In this document: positions 12,801 through 23,601 of the stretch, piece after piece
Layout: the number at the start of each line of letters is the position of its first letter
Position numbering within the stretch: the first letter of the stretch is position 1
Source: Protoeuglena noctilucae
Lineage: Eukaryota
Length of the DNA: 64,000 nucleotides
Assembly: GCA_958009085.1 (NCBI GenBank)
Contig: OY253683.1
Span: 744,001-808,000, forward strand
Direction: 5' to 3'
Notes under the pieces: model-generated
Seen by the model: only the letters and a program-made list of their open reading frames with translations
What the model was told of the DNA's origin: nothing
Databases searched by the model: none
Translations under genes and position numbers: made by a program

Positions 12801-15787
12801 TCGCCGCTCCGTCCCAGGGCTCCAGGCTCATCAGCACGGACAGGTGTCGCCGGAACGCCAGAAACTCCTCCAGGCTCAGCACGCCATCCCCGTTCTCATC
12901 CACCATCGCCATCACCTGCGAGATGGGGGGGGAGAGACGGGAAAGATGAACGATGTTGAAAGAGGTGGGTTATGTGTTAAAATAGCTAGGCGATGTTACA
13001 TGTGTAAGAGACTGCACGCAGGGCAGCTGGGCGATGGGAGATGCCACAGCAACCGCCACAGCAAGCACAGCGATCCATCCCCTTCAGTACACATTTCTTC
13101 ATACACCCCACCCCATCCACCCCCTCACCTCCTTCACCGCATCCTCCACCCCCTCCTCCGCGCCCCCCATCAGCTCCCCCACCAGCGCCTCCACCTCGTC
13201 CCGAGACACCGTACCGCTCCCATCCAAGTCCATAGCACGAAACACGTCCACCGCCGCCGCCTCCTCCCACGCCGCCCCAGACCCGTCTCCCTCCCATTCC
13301 AGCGACACGGACTCCTCCTCTGCTACCCTCGCCACCCCCGGACCGACCCCCGCCGCTTCCGCCCCCCGACCCGACCCCTGCGCACCCCGCCGCGCCGCCC
13401 GCAGACGCCGGCTCGCCAGCGCCCGCAGCTCCCTGGCATGCTCCGCCGCCAGCCCGCCCTTGTACGCCCCGTGTGCTGCGCCTCCCGACTCGGCGCGGGC
13501 GTCCATGCCTGCAGTGCGTATCTGCACTTCGAGGACTGTCGCAGGCACGTCCCCCATTGATGCATCGGTGTCCGTGGGAGGGGCGAAGGCCAAGCCAGGC
13601 ACGCAGTCTGCGAGGGCGCGAGAAGGCCATTGGGGATGAGGGACAGCCGTGGTGGGGGGCATCAGGGTTGGATGGGCTGAATGTCAAAAGACGGGGTGGG
13701 TTCACTCTCATGACTGGCAACACCTTGCTTGGCATGCCAAGGTAAGGGCCTCGTGGACAGCGCAAGAGCAAACCCCAACAACCCATTCAGCATCTGCGAC
13801 CGTCGCTGCGGCACCACTGCGTCTCACCTGGCCCGGCCTCGGCGTCGCAGGGCACGTCCACCACATGGTCGGGCAGCCGCACCGTGACGTGTATCGACTG
13901 GTAGCCGTTGCGCTTCGGCCGCGCGATGTAGTCCTTCGTGCGGCCCTCCACGGGCGGCCATTCGTTCGCGACCAAGTCCGACAGATCATAACACGCCTGC
14001 CGGGCTAAGCGCTCCGCCTCGGCACCCGGCACGTCGGTGCGTGGGTGCACCACCACGCGGATGCCCAGCAGGTCGTGCAGGTCCGCGCGCGTCAGCTTCT
14101 TACGCGCGTCGGGCTTGTGCAGGGACAGGAGCTTCTGCAAGCCCACAGGGGATATGGGTGCTCAGTGCTCGCCACACTCGTCAAGCTGTTTGCGCGCCCG
14201 TCCTCCGCGCCACGGGCCCGTGCACCGATGCAAGCGCCAAGAAGGGGCTATTGTCTAACCAAAGGCGTTTTGCGGCTCGCCTTCATGACGCTGATGAGGG
14301 ACTTCATGCGCGCCTTGACCTCGAACCCAGCACAGAGGTCCGCGAGGGGGGCGTGCTCGGCGCAGAGGTCCCGCACGCGAGCCTCCGCCGCCTCCAGAGC
14401 ATCCACGAGGCTCGCCCTGTCCGCGCGCAGCCACTGCCGGGTCTCCGCGAACGTTTCAGGGAAGAGCGACCGGAAGCAGAGGTCCTCCATCTCGGCCGCG
14501 AGGTCCGGGAGGCCCAGGGAGTACCCCAGCGCCGCGAACACCTGCAGGCTCTCCATGGCCGACACCTGCGGGCGGGCGGGGGCGGGCGTCGCGGCGGGCG
14601 GGCCAGCTGCAGGCCCGCTGTCGACGTGTCGCCCAGGCTCCGCGCCCGCACCTGCTGCAGCGGCGTCGGTCCGGCATCCGACTGCTCCCGGAGATCGTTG
14701 AGGCGGTAGATGAACTCCACCAGGACGGCGCGGGGATCGTAGAAGGAGAGGCAGAGCTCGCGAAGGGCAACCGAAGCCTCGTCATCGTACAGGTCGACGC
14801 GGGACGGGGCGCGGCGCACGGCGGCGATGTCGTGGACGAGCGCCGCGACCGCCGAGCCCAGGCGCGCCTCGAGCGCGGGCAGCGGGACGCGCCCGGCGAG
14901 GACGGGCTCCGTGGCCAAGGCTGCAGCCAGGACCTCCGCGTCGACGGGGAGGCCCTGGGCGCCGAGCCGAGCGAGGGCCTGCGCGGCGAGAAGCGCACGG
15001 CGCGCGGCGGTGGGGGCCGGGGCGGCCGGGTCGCCGGGGGCGCCACCGGGGAGGCCCCGCGAAGCGGGTGGGTCGGAGGATAGGAGGAGCTTCAGCGCCT
15101 CCAGCACGACGGGCGCCTCCGCCGAGCCCGACTGCCCCGGAGAACGAGCCCAGTCCCGCGAAAGCGCGCCCCAGCTCGGCAGGAGCGAGGCCACCGCGCG
15201 GGCGCCCTCGGATGTCGGCCCCTTTACGCCCTGCACATCACGCGGAAAGGGCGCCGTGTGGGGGGCCGGAGGAGGAGACGCGCCGGCGGCGTCATCGTGG
15301 ACGTAACGAGAGCCCGCCGGCAAGGTCCGGGGCCTCGCCGATCCCCCGGCGCCCCGAAAGGGTCCCTGCCAAGCGCCTGCTCGGGTCCCGGAGAAATTCC
15401 GGCGCAGCCAAAGGCGGGGCCGAGGCAGGGACCACGGCAAAACGCGAGCAGATGCGCATCGCGATCACCGGCGCCTCGCTCGCGGGACGCGCGTCGAGTC
15501 TCGGAGCGAACTTGTCTCCAGCAAGCACTCGCCTGCGACTCCACGACCCCCGCCGCGCTCTGAACGGCACGAATTCGATGGCGCACGTCGTCGCATCGAC
15601 CGCTCGGGGCCAGGCCTGGGCAAGGCCGAGGACCACCTTGCTGGGTGGTACTCGCTCGCCGCGCCCTCCAGCGGGCCGGGCCCATCGAGGCGGCCATCGC
15701 CACCATCTGTCGCTCGCTTGAGGGTCCAGGGGAGGCGACATCGAGCGCAGCGGACGCCCGAGGACGCAGGGAGAGGGGCGACACCAT
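9823..15787 (-). CDS. RSH: Plastid RelA/SpoT homologue ((p)ppGpp synthetase, CRSH/RSH4-like) with 2 EF-hands, FHA domain and TPR/HAT repeats
   Basis: Synthetase motifs ARMKSLISVMKK, DLLGIRVVV, GRTKDYIARPKRNGYQSIH, EVQIRT, AAHGAYK. EF loops DLDGSGTVSRDE and DENGDGVLSLEE. FHA motifs VSGAHA and DLGSTNGTFVN. TPR/HAT repeats (LQAWGRLEARAG). Exon phases are consistent from the synthetase to the stop. The start is uncertain (15787, 15706 or 15697). Confidence 0.85.
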
Positions 15788-16215
15788 CGCGTGGGACGCG
15801 AGGGGCCCTGAAAGACGTCCTCCCCGGACGAAGATGAACCGATCGTGACGCTGAACGAGCAATGCGCCCCCGCTACGATGGCCGGGCCGTGGATTTCCTG
15901 GCCCTTGCAGTGTCGCGCACCAGGGCCTCTGCGGAGGCGCGCACCGAGAAGGGTGTGCTAGATGTCGCGTCCGGTGCCGTCGCGGAGCCTGGAAAAGGAA
16001 CCTCGACGTCGACACTGGCTGTGCGGCACATCTGTCGAGTCAGACCCACGAAGCCTGAGACCCGTCCGTGGGGGAGTACACTGGTACTTGATCCACAATT
16101 CCAGGCAGGCACGCGCAGCGCAGTCGCGCGCCTGCTGGCAGAAGGTCGCCCAGCCTGAATTCTGCTTACCCGGAGCACCGGCTGCCCTGGCGTGGAGCAG
16201 GACGCGGTGCCTTTC

Positions 16216-19025
16216 ATGGCCTGCGGTCGCGTCGCCGCCCTGGCGGTGGCGATGTGGGGGTGAGCGGGGAGCTGGAAGTGCGCGCGTGCTTTTCTGCCTG
16301 TGCTTGCGCGCCCCGGCTTTCCATCCTCCTTGGTGGCCCGTCCTCGTGACAAATGTGTACATCAGTCGTCTCCAGCGCAATCGTCTGCTCCATCGGACCA
16401 CCCTTTTCGCGTGCAGGCTCCTTGCCGCCATCGCCACCGCCGCGGCCGCGCCGGGGGGCCTGGGTCCCGCTAAAGAAATACCGGCGATTCCTAACGCGTG
16501 GACCCGGTATGCTGTGCCACCCGAGCCACGTGAGTCGTGGGCGCGCTGGCTGTCTGGCCGAGCAGCTTCCGCGGCGTTGCGATTGGCAGCCGAGCCGCGC
16601 CCGTTCTGGCCCTGCGCAGTGTCTCCCCGCCTTCTCTGGAGCGTTCGCGAGATCCACGTGGCGTGCGAGACCCAAGTCAAGGTCTGCAACCGGTCCGTCT
16701 GGGGCCGGGTCTCGATGGACGAAGGTGTGGCCGCGCAGCCTTGCCCGCGGGCGCCTCCCGCGCGATCAAATGCTGCAATTGACACATCAGTACTTGTCGG
16801 TCAGCATGTGTTCGTCCGCGAGGCCGCGGGGCGGGCGCATCGCGCTGGAGCACGATGTCCTCCTTTCTGCAACGCTCCCCGCGTCCCTCCCGCTCGCCCG
16901 CAGACTCCTTTGCCTCCAGTCCTGAAACGAAAGGTCAGACGCAGGCGGTGGGCAAGTGTCGCGTGCTGATGCCGCGCCAGGCCGCGCGAATCCCTGTGTG
17001 GCCCGGGAGCACCGAAGTCCTGAGCTTCCGGAGCGCCCGGGACGCCGCGCGGTGCCGCGTCGAGGCGACGACGGAGGAACGACCGGACCTGCTTTGGTGG
17101 GCGCTCGCCGCCGCCGCGGCTTTCCTCCTAGCCGGGCCTCTCGTCGCACATCAAGTGAGCACAGGGATGGAACGGGTCACATGGGATGCACAAAGTGGTT
17201 GCGGTAGGCAAAAGGGCCTGTGAGAGAAGGTAGAGAGGATCCGGATTGTCGCAACGCGCGTGGGCGCCGGGGCCGGCACTGGGGTTGGTTGCCCCGACGC
17301 TAGTTGCAGCAAAACGCTCGCTTCACTGCCACTCCCAACCTTTCTGCCACCCTTACCTCCCCACCCCCGCAGCTCCCTCGCGTGGCTCTCGAGGCTGCCG
17401 CCCTGGCCTGCTGCGGCGCTCTGGTGGTGCTGGCCATGGTCTTGCGTTCCGCCGCTGTCCCACGCAACCTCGTCATCTTCACCACCGCCACCACCCTCGG
17501 TCTCTGGCCCCTCATCCGGTGGCTCACGGGGAGCCTCTTTCCCTCTTTTGACACGCTCCATGCGGCCCTGTGGACCTTTGCGGAGACGCCTTGGGGAGGG
17601 ACGGTGCTGTCGGCTTACCTGGCCGCGTGCCTCGGGGCAGCCTACTACTTTGACCCGGCAGACGACAGGCGAGAGGTGTCTCTGTATTGCTTTGACCCGG
17701 CAGACGACAGGTGAGGCAGAAGACACATAGCCACACATTGTCATGCATCAGTGATCGCGTTGAGGGTGGTTGGGCTAGTATGTGATGCAGAGCGCTTTGC
17801 ATGGAGCGCATCAGATAGACCAACGACCGTGACGATCTCTCGTGCTTTCGTCTCTCCCAGCGGGGGTGGTCGTAAGATCAAGGATCTCATGCGCTGGGCC
17901 ATTCGGGGCATCGCGGCAGCCGTCATCGCTTTCTCCATCCAAGACCCCCGCGCGTCGACAGCCACGCTCGTGTGCCTGGTGAGAAGCCATAAGCTGAAAT
18001 CAAAGCGATATCTGAGAATGCGATACAGGTGCATAGTTCTATCCACAGCCACAGCCATGCTCGTGTGCCTCAGTTGTTGTCACCCACCCATCGTCACACT
18101 TCCCTCACTCCCCAGCCCCTTCTGCCCCACCCAGGCGTCGACCAGTCTCCTTTCCCACTACGCCAAGCTCGCTCCTCTCCTGCAAGCCGCCTCCGCCCCC
18201 GCCAACGCCGCCCTCCGCCTCGCCTCGTCCGCCGCAACTCTCCTCTTCGCCTTACCCATCGCACCCACCGGCACGCCAGGGCACCACCCCACAACCGGTG
18301 CCCCAGCCAGGCACTCCAGGCTCCCATCTGAGCCTGGCATCATGTCACCATTGAGCACGGCTGCACCCTCACCATACGCGGTGCCCAGCCGATTGGTGAG
18401 CGGGACTGAAGGGCGTGTCAGTGACTTATGGCGCGTGGGCGAGGGGGTTGGTGGGCGCGTGAGTGACGTGGGTGGGCGGCGCATGGGCGAGGGGGTTGGT
18501 GGGCGCGTGAGTGACGTGGGTGGGCGGCGCATGGGCGATGGGGTGGGGCGCGTGAGCGAGGCGGGCGAGAGGTCGGGTGTGCGTAGGGTGGATAATCTTC
18601 AGGGTCAGGATAATGGGCTTCGGCGGCGTGAGGGTTTTCGGGGGGAAGACAGGGACACAGCGGGGGTGCAAGCGCCACGACAGGCGGTGGGGAGTGTGGT
18701 GAAGGGCGAGGGGCATGCCGGGGTGCAAGTGCCACGGCAGGCAGTGGGGAGTGCGGTGAAGGGGGAGGGGCGCGGGGGTGTGAGAGGTCGGGTCTCGGCT
18801 GCGAGGGGTGGGGCTTGGGCTGGGTTGCAAGAGGAGGCGGAGAGCTTAGATGAGGAGGGCGAAGGGCGTGGGGTGGCAAGGCAGGCGTGCGCGTTGGTGT
18901 TGTCTGGCAAGTGCATTAACCCTCTGACGGACAAGGTGATTAAGATCGGGGGGAAGGTGTACGATTCGCTGGTGGAGAATGGATATCGATTGGACGTGCG
19001 CACGGGGTCCATGGAGGCGCCATGA
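16216..19025 (+). CDS. Signal-peptide multi-pass membrane protein, NEMP (nuclear envelope integral membrane protein)-like
   Basis: The spliced N-terminus MACGRVAALAVAMWGLLAAIATAAA is signal-peptide-like. It is followed by several TM helices, then DLMRWAIRGIAAAVIAFSIQD (resembling the last NEMP helices), a disordered tail and the terminal motif CINPLTDKVIKIGGKVYDSL. Confidence 0.6.
18405..18780 (+). repeat. Short coding tandem repeats in the tail of the NEMP-like gene
   Basis: GEGVGGRVSDVGGRRM x2-3 and GVQ(A/V)PRQAVGS(V/A)VKGEG x2. Confidence 0.8.
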
Positions 19026-19594
19026 CGCCCGTGTGACACGAGAGAGTCTGGCAGAGACTCTGACGCCCAAGAGTGGGGAGGTCCGTGGTGTGTTAAGCAG
19101 GTCCCATTGAGATCCCAAGCCGTGGTTTTGTCTGTGCGTCGTTGTACTGTGTTCTAATTGCGCCGAGTTTGGCAGCGGGCACCTGAGGGCGCCTTCCTTT
19201 GTGCGTGCGTGGATCGATGGTGACATAGCAATGTGCATCGCAAACGTGGCAGGTATAATATATAGACGAAGGCATGGATGGACTTAGACATATCCCGGTT
19301 CAAATTTCACCGCCCGGCTTGCGATAACACTGTCCGTCCAGCGGTGGCGCCCTGCCTACCGTGGCCCCTCCTTCCCCATTGCGCCGCCCCACTCAAGCGC
19401 AAATGCCACGTGTAGCCATGGGACCCGGCAACACGTCCATGCGCTGCTGCCAGCGCCCCAATGCAGCGCGCATCCCACCCGCGCTGCCCGAACCCCCACC
19501 AACCCGCACCAGCACCCGCCACGTCGACCATACCGCAGCGCACGCCTCCAGCAGCGCCCGGTCAGTGCCAGTCTCCCGTTTCAGAGTTCAGGTG

Positions 19595-20689
19595 TCACTT
19601 GTCGGCCTTGGCCGCACCCTTGGGCGCCTCCTTCCGCACCCGCACCCACTTCTGCCTCCCGGGCACCACCACACACTCCCCGCCCGCCGCCTCGATCGCC
19701 GAGCGGGCAGACGCGGAGAACTCCTGGGCCTTCACCTTCAGGCCCTTCACCTTGAGCTCGCCGGCCCCGAGCACCTGTGGGGAGAGCGGAGAGGGTGGTT
19801 GTGAGGGAGTTGGTGATGAGGGAGTTGGGAGGGAGTTACAGCGTGCAGTGGGTAGTGGGCTGATGTGCGGGGTCATGTTATCCGGTGCACACTTCATGGG
19901 TCATCAATTGCAAGGGAGCAGGGAGGTTGCCGGGGTGCAGGGGCGTCTCATGCACAGCTGGGGTGTTGTCTGCTGCCCTTGCCTTGAGGGGCAGGGAGTC
20001 GGCCCGGCCCGAGGTGTTGACGCGGCGGGTGGACTTGAGGACGTCGATGCAGACCTCCTCGCCCTCGCCGAAGCTGTTCAGCTCGCCCACGTTCACCACC
20101 ACAAAGTCCGGCAAGCCCGCGCCCATGCCGCCCGCAATGCCCTTGAGCTTGGGGAGGCGGCGGTACAGCGGCATCTGGCCGCCCTCGAAGCCGGGACGCA
20201 CCGTGGCGCCGGCGCGGGACTTCTGCCCGCGCATGCCGCGCCCGGCCGTGCCACCCTTGTGCCCACCGTAGCCGCGGGCGACCCGGACGCGCTTGCGGCG
20301 CGAGCCCTCTTGCGGGGACAGGTTGTCCATCGTGAGCTTCTCCGACGCCTGCGGAAACAGGCGGGGCGGGCGTCGCGGGCGGGGGAGCGGGGGCGCGCGG
20401 GGGAGGCGGCCTTCGCGCTTGGCTTGCGGCCCACCTGCGCCACCACCTCCAGCCGCGCGGCGCGGAGGACGGGAGCCCTCGCTGGCACGACCACGCCGCG
20501 CACGAAGGTCGACGTGGACGCCGGGGCCACGCGGGCCGCAGCCTGCGGGGGCGGGAGGGACTGCCGTGTCGCGGCGCGGCCACCCCTGGCCGCTAGGCGC
20601 GCGGAGAACCGGGCCCCGTCGACCCAAGGAGCGCAAATGGGAGCGAACGTTCGTCGGGATCGAGACAGCGGGTGAAACGGCCGAGCCAT
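19595..20689 (-). CDS. RPL15: Plastid 50S ribosomal protein L15 (nuclear-encoded)
   Basis: [41 protein letters not shown] and [14 protein letters not shown]. The transit peptide-like exon is [29 protein letters not shown]. The exact start is uncertain. Confidence 0.95.
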
Positions 20690-21272
20690 CTGGGGCAGCG
20701 AGCGGATAGTGGGACGGCTGGCAGCCCGGGGCGCGGAGCTGCGTCTGCTGGCACACAGCCCTCACGCCCGGCAGCTATGAAATGCCACCAATCAAAAACG
20801 CAAAGAGTCGCGGCCGTCAAACGGCTCGGCGCAGCAGTCTCTCGACGGACGCCGGCCGGGGCGACTTCCAGGCCGACAGGGCGAGAGAATGATAGCGTAG
20901 GAGATGAGCGGACACTGTGGAAACCACACGCGCGCTCCCCGGTCCCCCCAGCGCGGACGGACCTTCAGGTTGGCTGCCGCGAACATGGTCCCGGCCAGCT
21001 TCTCACGACAAACAATCAGCAGTGGAAAGGTCACCAGACGGCGGCAAACAGGGCCCGAGGAAGCGGGTGGCCGCCAAGTTCAAGGGAAACGCTTAGTCTG
21101 ACAAGTGCCGCTTCGCGTCCGACGGCTTCCAGCCCTCAGGGTCGCTCGATTGCCCCAATTTCAACGCGTTAAAGCGCAGTGTAGCAGTGCAGACTCTGCG
21201 CTGACGGCCTACGTTGCAGCACAGCTCCCTCACGCTGGCGCTCAACACGCGTTGGCCCTCATCGGTGCCCTG

Positions 21273-22619
21273 TCACGCGCTGAACCCCCCCTCACGCGGG
21301 TCGAGGCGCGACAACCGGGTCTTCATCGCCTCAGATCGCGACTTGGCGACGCCGTTGTTCGGGTCCACGGCCAGCGACGCCTGATACGCCTGCAGCGCCG
21401 CGTCCCAATCCTTCCTCGCCTCGTGCGCGTCGCCCAGGTTGTTCCACGCTGCGTGCGAGGACAGGACACGCCTATCGCGAGGGGCCTCACAAGCATATGG
21501 AGGTCCCATCGAGGTTTCGCACCATGTAACAACCGGCCGAGACTTGCTTCGTGGGAAAGGCTTCCCAAAGGCTTCCAGGCTTCCCACTCACCGACCGTGT
21601 ACCCCGGGGAGAGCTCCACTGCCCTCTTGTACTCCTCGATGGCCTCCTTGTACCGTTGGAGGCTGAAGAAGGCGAATCCCAAGGCGTTGTGCGCCTGGGC
21701 CAGACCCACGTCGTCCCCCTCCCAGGTCTTCACTGCCTTCTGGATGTTCTTGATCCCCTGCACATCGAAGCACGATGACTCCAAAGTCAAGCCTAGCAAG
21801 ACCGTCGGCGCGCCCTACGCGCTCGCGCTTCCAGCACTGCAGGCCTGCAAGCAAGGTCGGCCTTGCCTGGGTGAAGAGCCGCTTGCGCATGAGGATGGAC
21901 CCGAGCTCGTAGTAGTCCTCGTACGTCGCCTCCCCCGTCCTCACGCGCTCCCCCAGCTGCTTGGAAGACTCGTCCAACTCTCGCCGGACCAACACCTGAC
22001 GGACCTGCTTGGAAGCACGGCACGGGGCGGAGACGTCAGCACAGCAGGAGGGAATGCAACACGCCATTCTCAGCATTACAGAGATGCAAAGCGATGACCC
22101 GGCAAGCGCGGCGGGGCGGCCTCGCGCGAGCTTTCCATGCTCCTACCGCAGCTGAGGAAACAGCAGGCGCCTCACCGCAAAGTAGGCGCCGACGGACAGC
22201 ATCCCGAGCAGCGAGGTGAGGTAGATGAGCTGAGCGGGGGTATCGAGACCCTCAGCGAGGTCCATGATGGGCGACACGCCGGGCAGCTGCGGGAGAGGAG
22301 CGGGAGGGAAACACTGGACCGCCAGGGCCACGAGAACGTCGCAGCAGGCGTGCCTCACATGCGATAGACAGGGATTGACAATGTCGACAGGATGAGAGCA
22401 TGCGGGGCTCCGAACAACGAGGATCGCGCGACCAGGCCATGGATCGCGCCCGGGCGTTGTCCTCACCGCCTGCCGCGCGACGGCGCGCTGAGACGCTGCC
22501 GCCCTCTCGGCCACACGCATGACGCGACAGGAGACCGTCGCCGTCCCCGCGGCGGACAGCCGCTGCCCCGGCCTCACGGCCGGGAGCATGGAAATTGCCC
22601 CGCACGACACGCACGCCAT
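21273..22619 (-). CDS. CGL71: Thylakoid TPR protein for photosystem I assembly (Ycf37/PYG7/CGL71)
   Basis: Transit peptide, TM helix IYLTSLLGMLSVGAYFA, VRQVLVRRELD, YYELGSILMRKRLF, LAQAHNALGFAFF, PGYTVAWNNLGDAHE. Confidence 0.9.
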
Positions 22620-22941
22620 CTCCTCGCGCAGAAGATGTCACGGGCCTTGGCAAGCCTGTCGAAAGCGACTACAACCTGCAGAGCCCGGCGCGCCGCCGCG
22701 TCGACTGCCGCAGGGGACGCTGCTCGTGGAACGGTGCGAGCGAACGAGAGCCTGGATCCCAGAGACCGCGCAACGGAGAGATGGTGACCGAGGCAGACTC
22801 ATGACGCAGTACTGGTGTCCGCGCGACGCCCGCACCCAGCTCAGGCGCCGACGCCAGCCAGCTTGCGCTGTCGGAAACGCGTCATGCTTTGCCGCGAGCC
22901 CATCCTCGCCGCTCCTGCGCCTGTCCTTGCACTCCCGCATC

Positions 22942-23595
22942 ATGTCCGCCGTCGTGTTCCTGACTGGCGTCCTCGGCTGCGGCAAGAGCAGCGTGGTGGC
23001 CTGCCTGCACACCGGCCTTTTGCCGTCCTTTATTTTCCTCGAGGGCGACGCCTTCCATCCGCCCGGCAACCAGGCCAAGCTCTCCCGAGGCGAGCCTCTG
23101 ACGGACGAAGACCGGGAGCCGTGGCTGCGGGACATCGCCGCGGCGTGCGCCCCGCATCGCCTGTGTCTCGTGACCTGCTCCGCACTGGTGCGCTGCTGCC
23201 GGTCGATCGAGCCACGCCGGTGCGCGGAAGACAACTCCTTGGCTTTCATATTCTTGTTACTCCATCCTGCGTCCCAGAAGCGGAGCTACCGGGCGCTGCT
23301 GGCTTGCGAGACGCCCCACAAGCGCAAAGTCTTCGTCTATCTGCGCGTCGCGGACGTCTCCAGGCATCGCACGGCCGTCCAATCGCGCGTTCATTTCGTA
23401 AACCCGAGCCTGCTGGACTCGCAGTTCGCGACGCTCGAGGAGCCGGCGACCGGGGAGGGGCCGTACGACGTGGTTGTCGTGCCGACCCACGCCCCGCGAG
23501 ACCAGGCCAGTTCCGCTACCCCCGAAGACGCCGTGCGCATAACGGCAGAACAGGTCTTCGATCGCCTCGTCGCACTCGGCGTCCCGCTCGCGTGA
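22942..23595 (+). CDS. IDNK: Gluconokinase (GntK/IdnK family); intron 23188-23277
   Basis: P-loop GVLGCGKS, EGDAFHP, GEPLTDEDREPWL, CSAL|KRSYR, HFVNPSLLDSQFATLEEP. Confidence 0.93.
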   Translation: MSAVVFLTGVLGCGKSSVVACLHTGLLPSFIFLEGDAFHPPGNQAKLSRGEPLTDEDREPWLRDIAAACAPHRLCLVTCSALVRCCRSIEPRRCAEDNSLAFIFLLLHPASQKRSYRALLACETPHKRKVFVYLRVADVSRHRTAVQSRVHFVNPSLLDSQFATLEEPATGEGPYDVVVVPTHAPRDQASSATPEDAVRITAEQVFDRLVALGVPLA

Positions 23596-23601
23596 AGGGC
23601 C

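Noticed and set aside
11008..13560. Long + strand ORFs (up to 606 aa) antisense to RSH
   Set aside because: Stop-poor shadows caused by high GC; Pro/Arg-rich with no domain signal.
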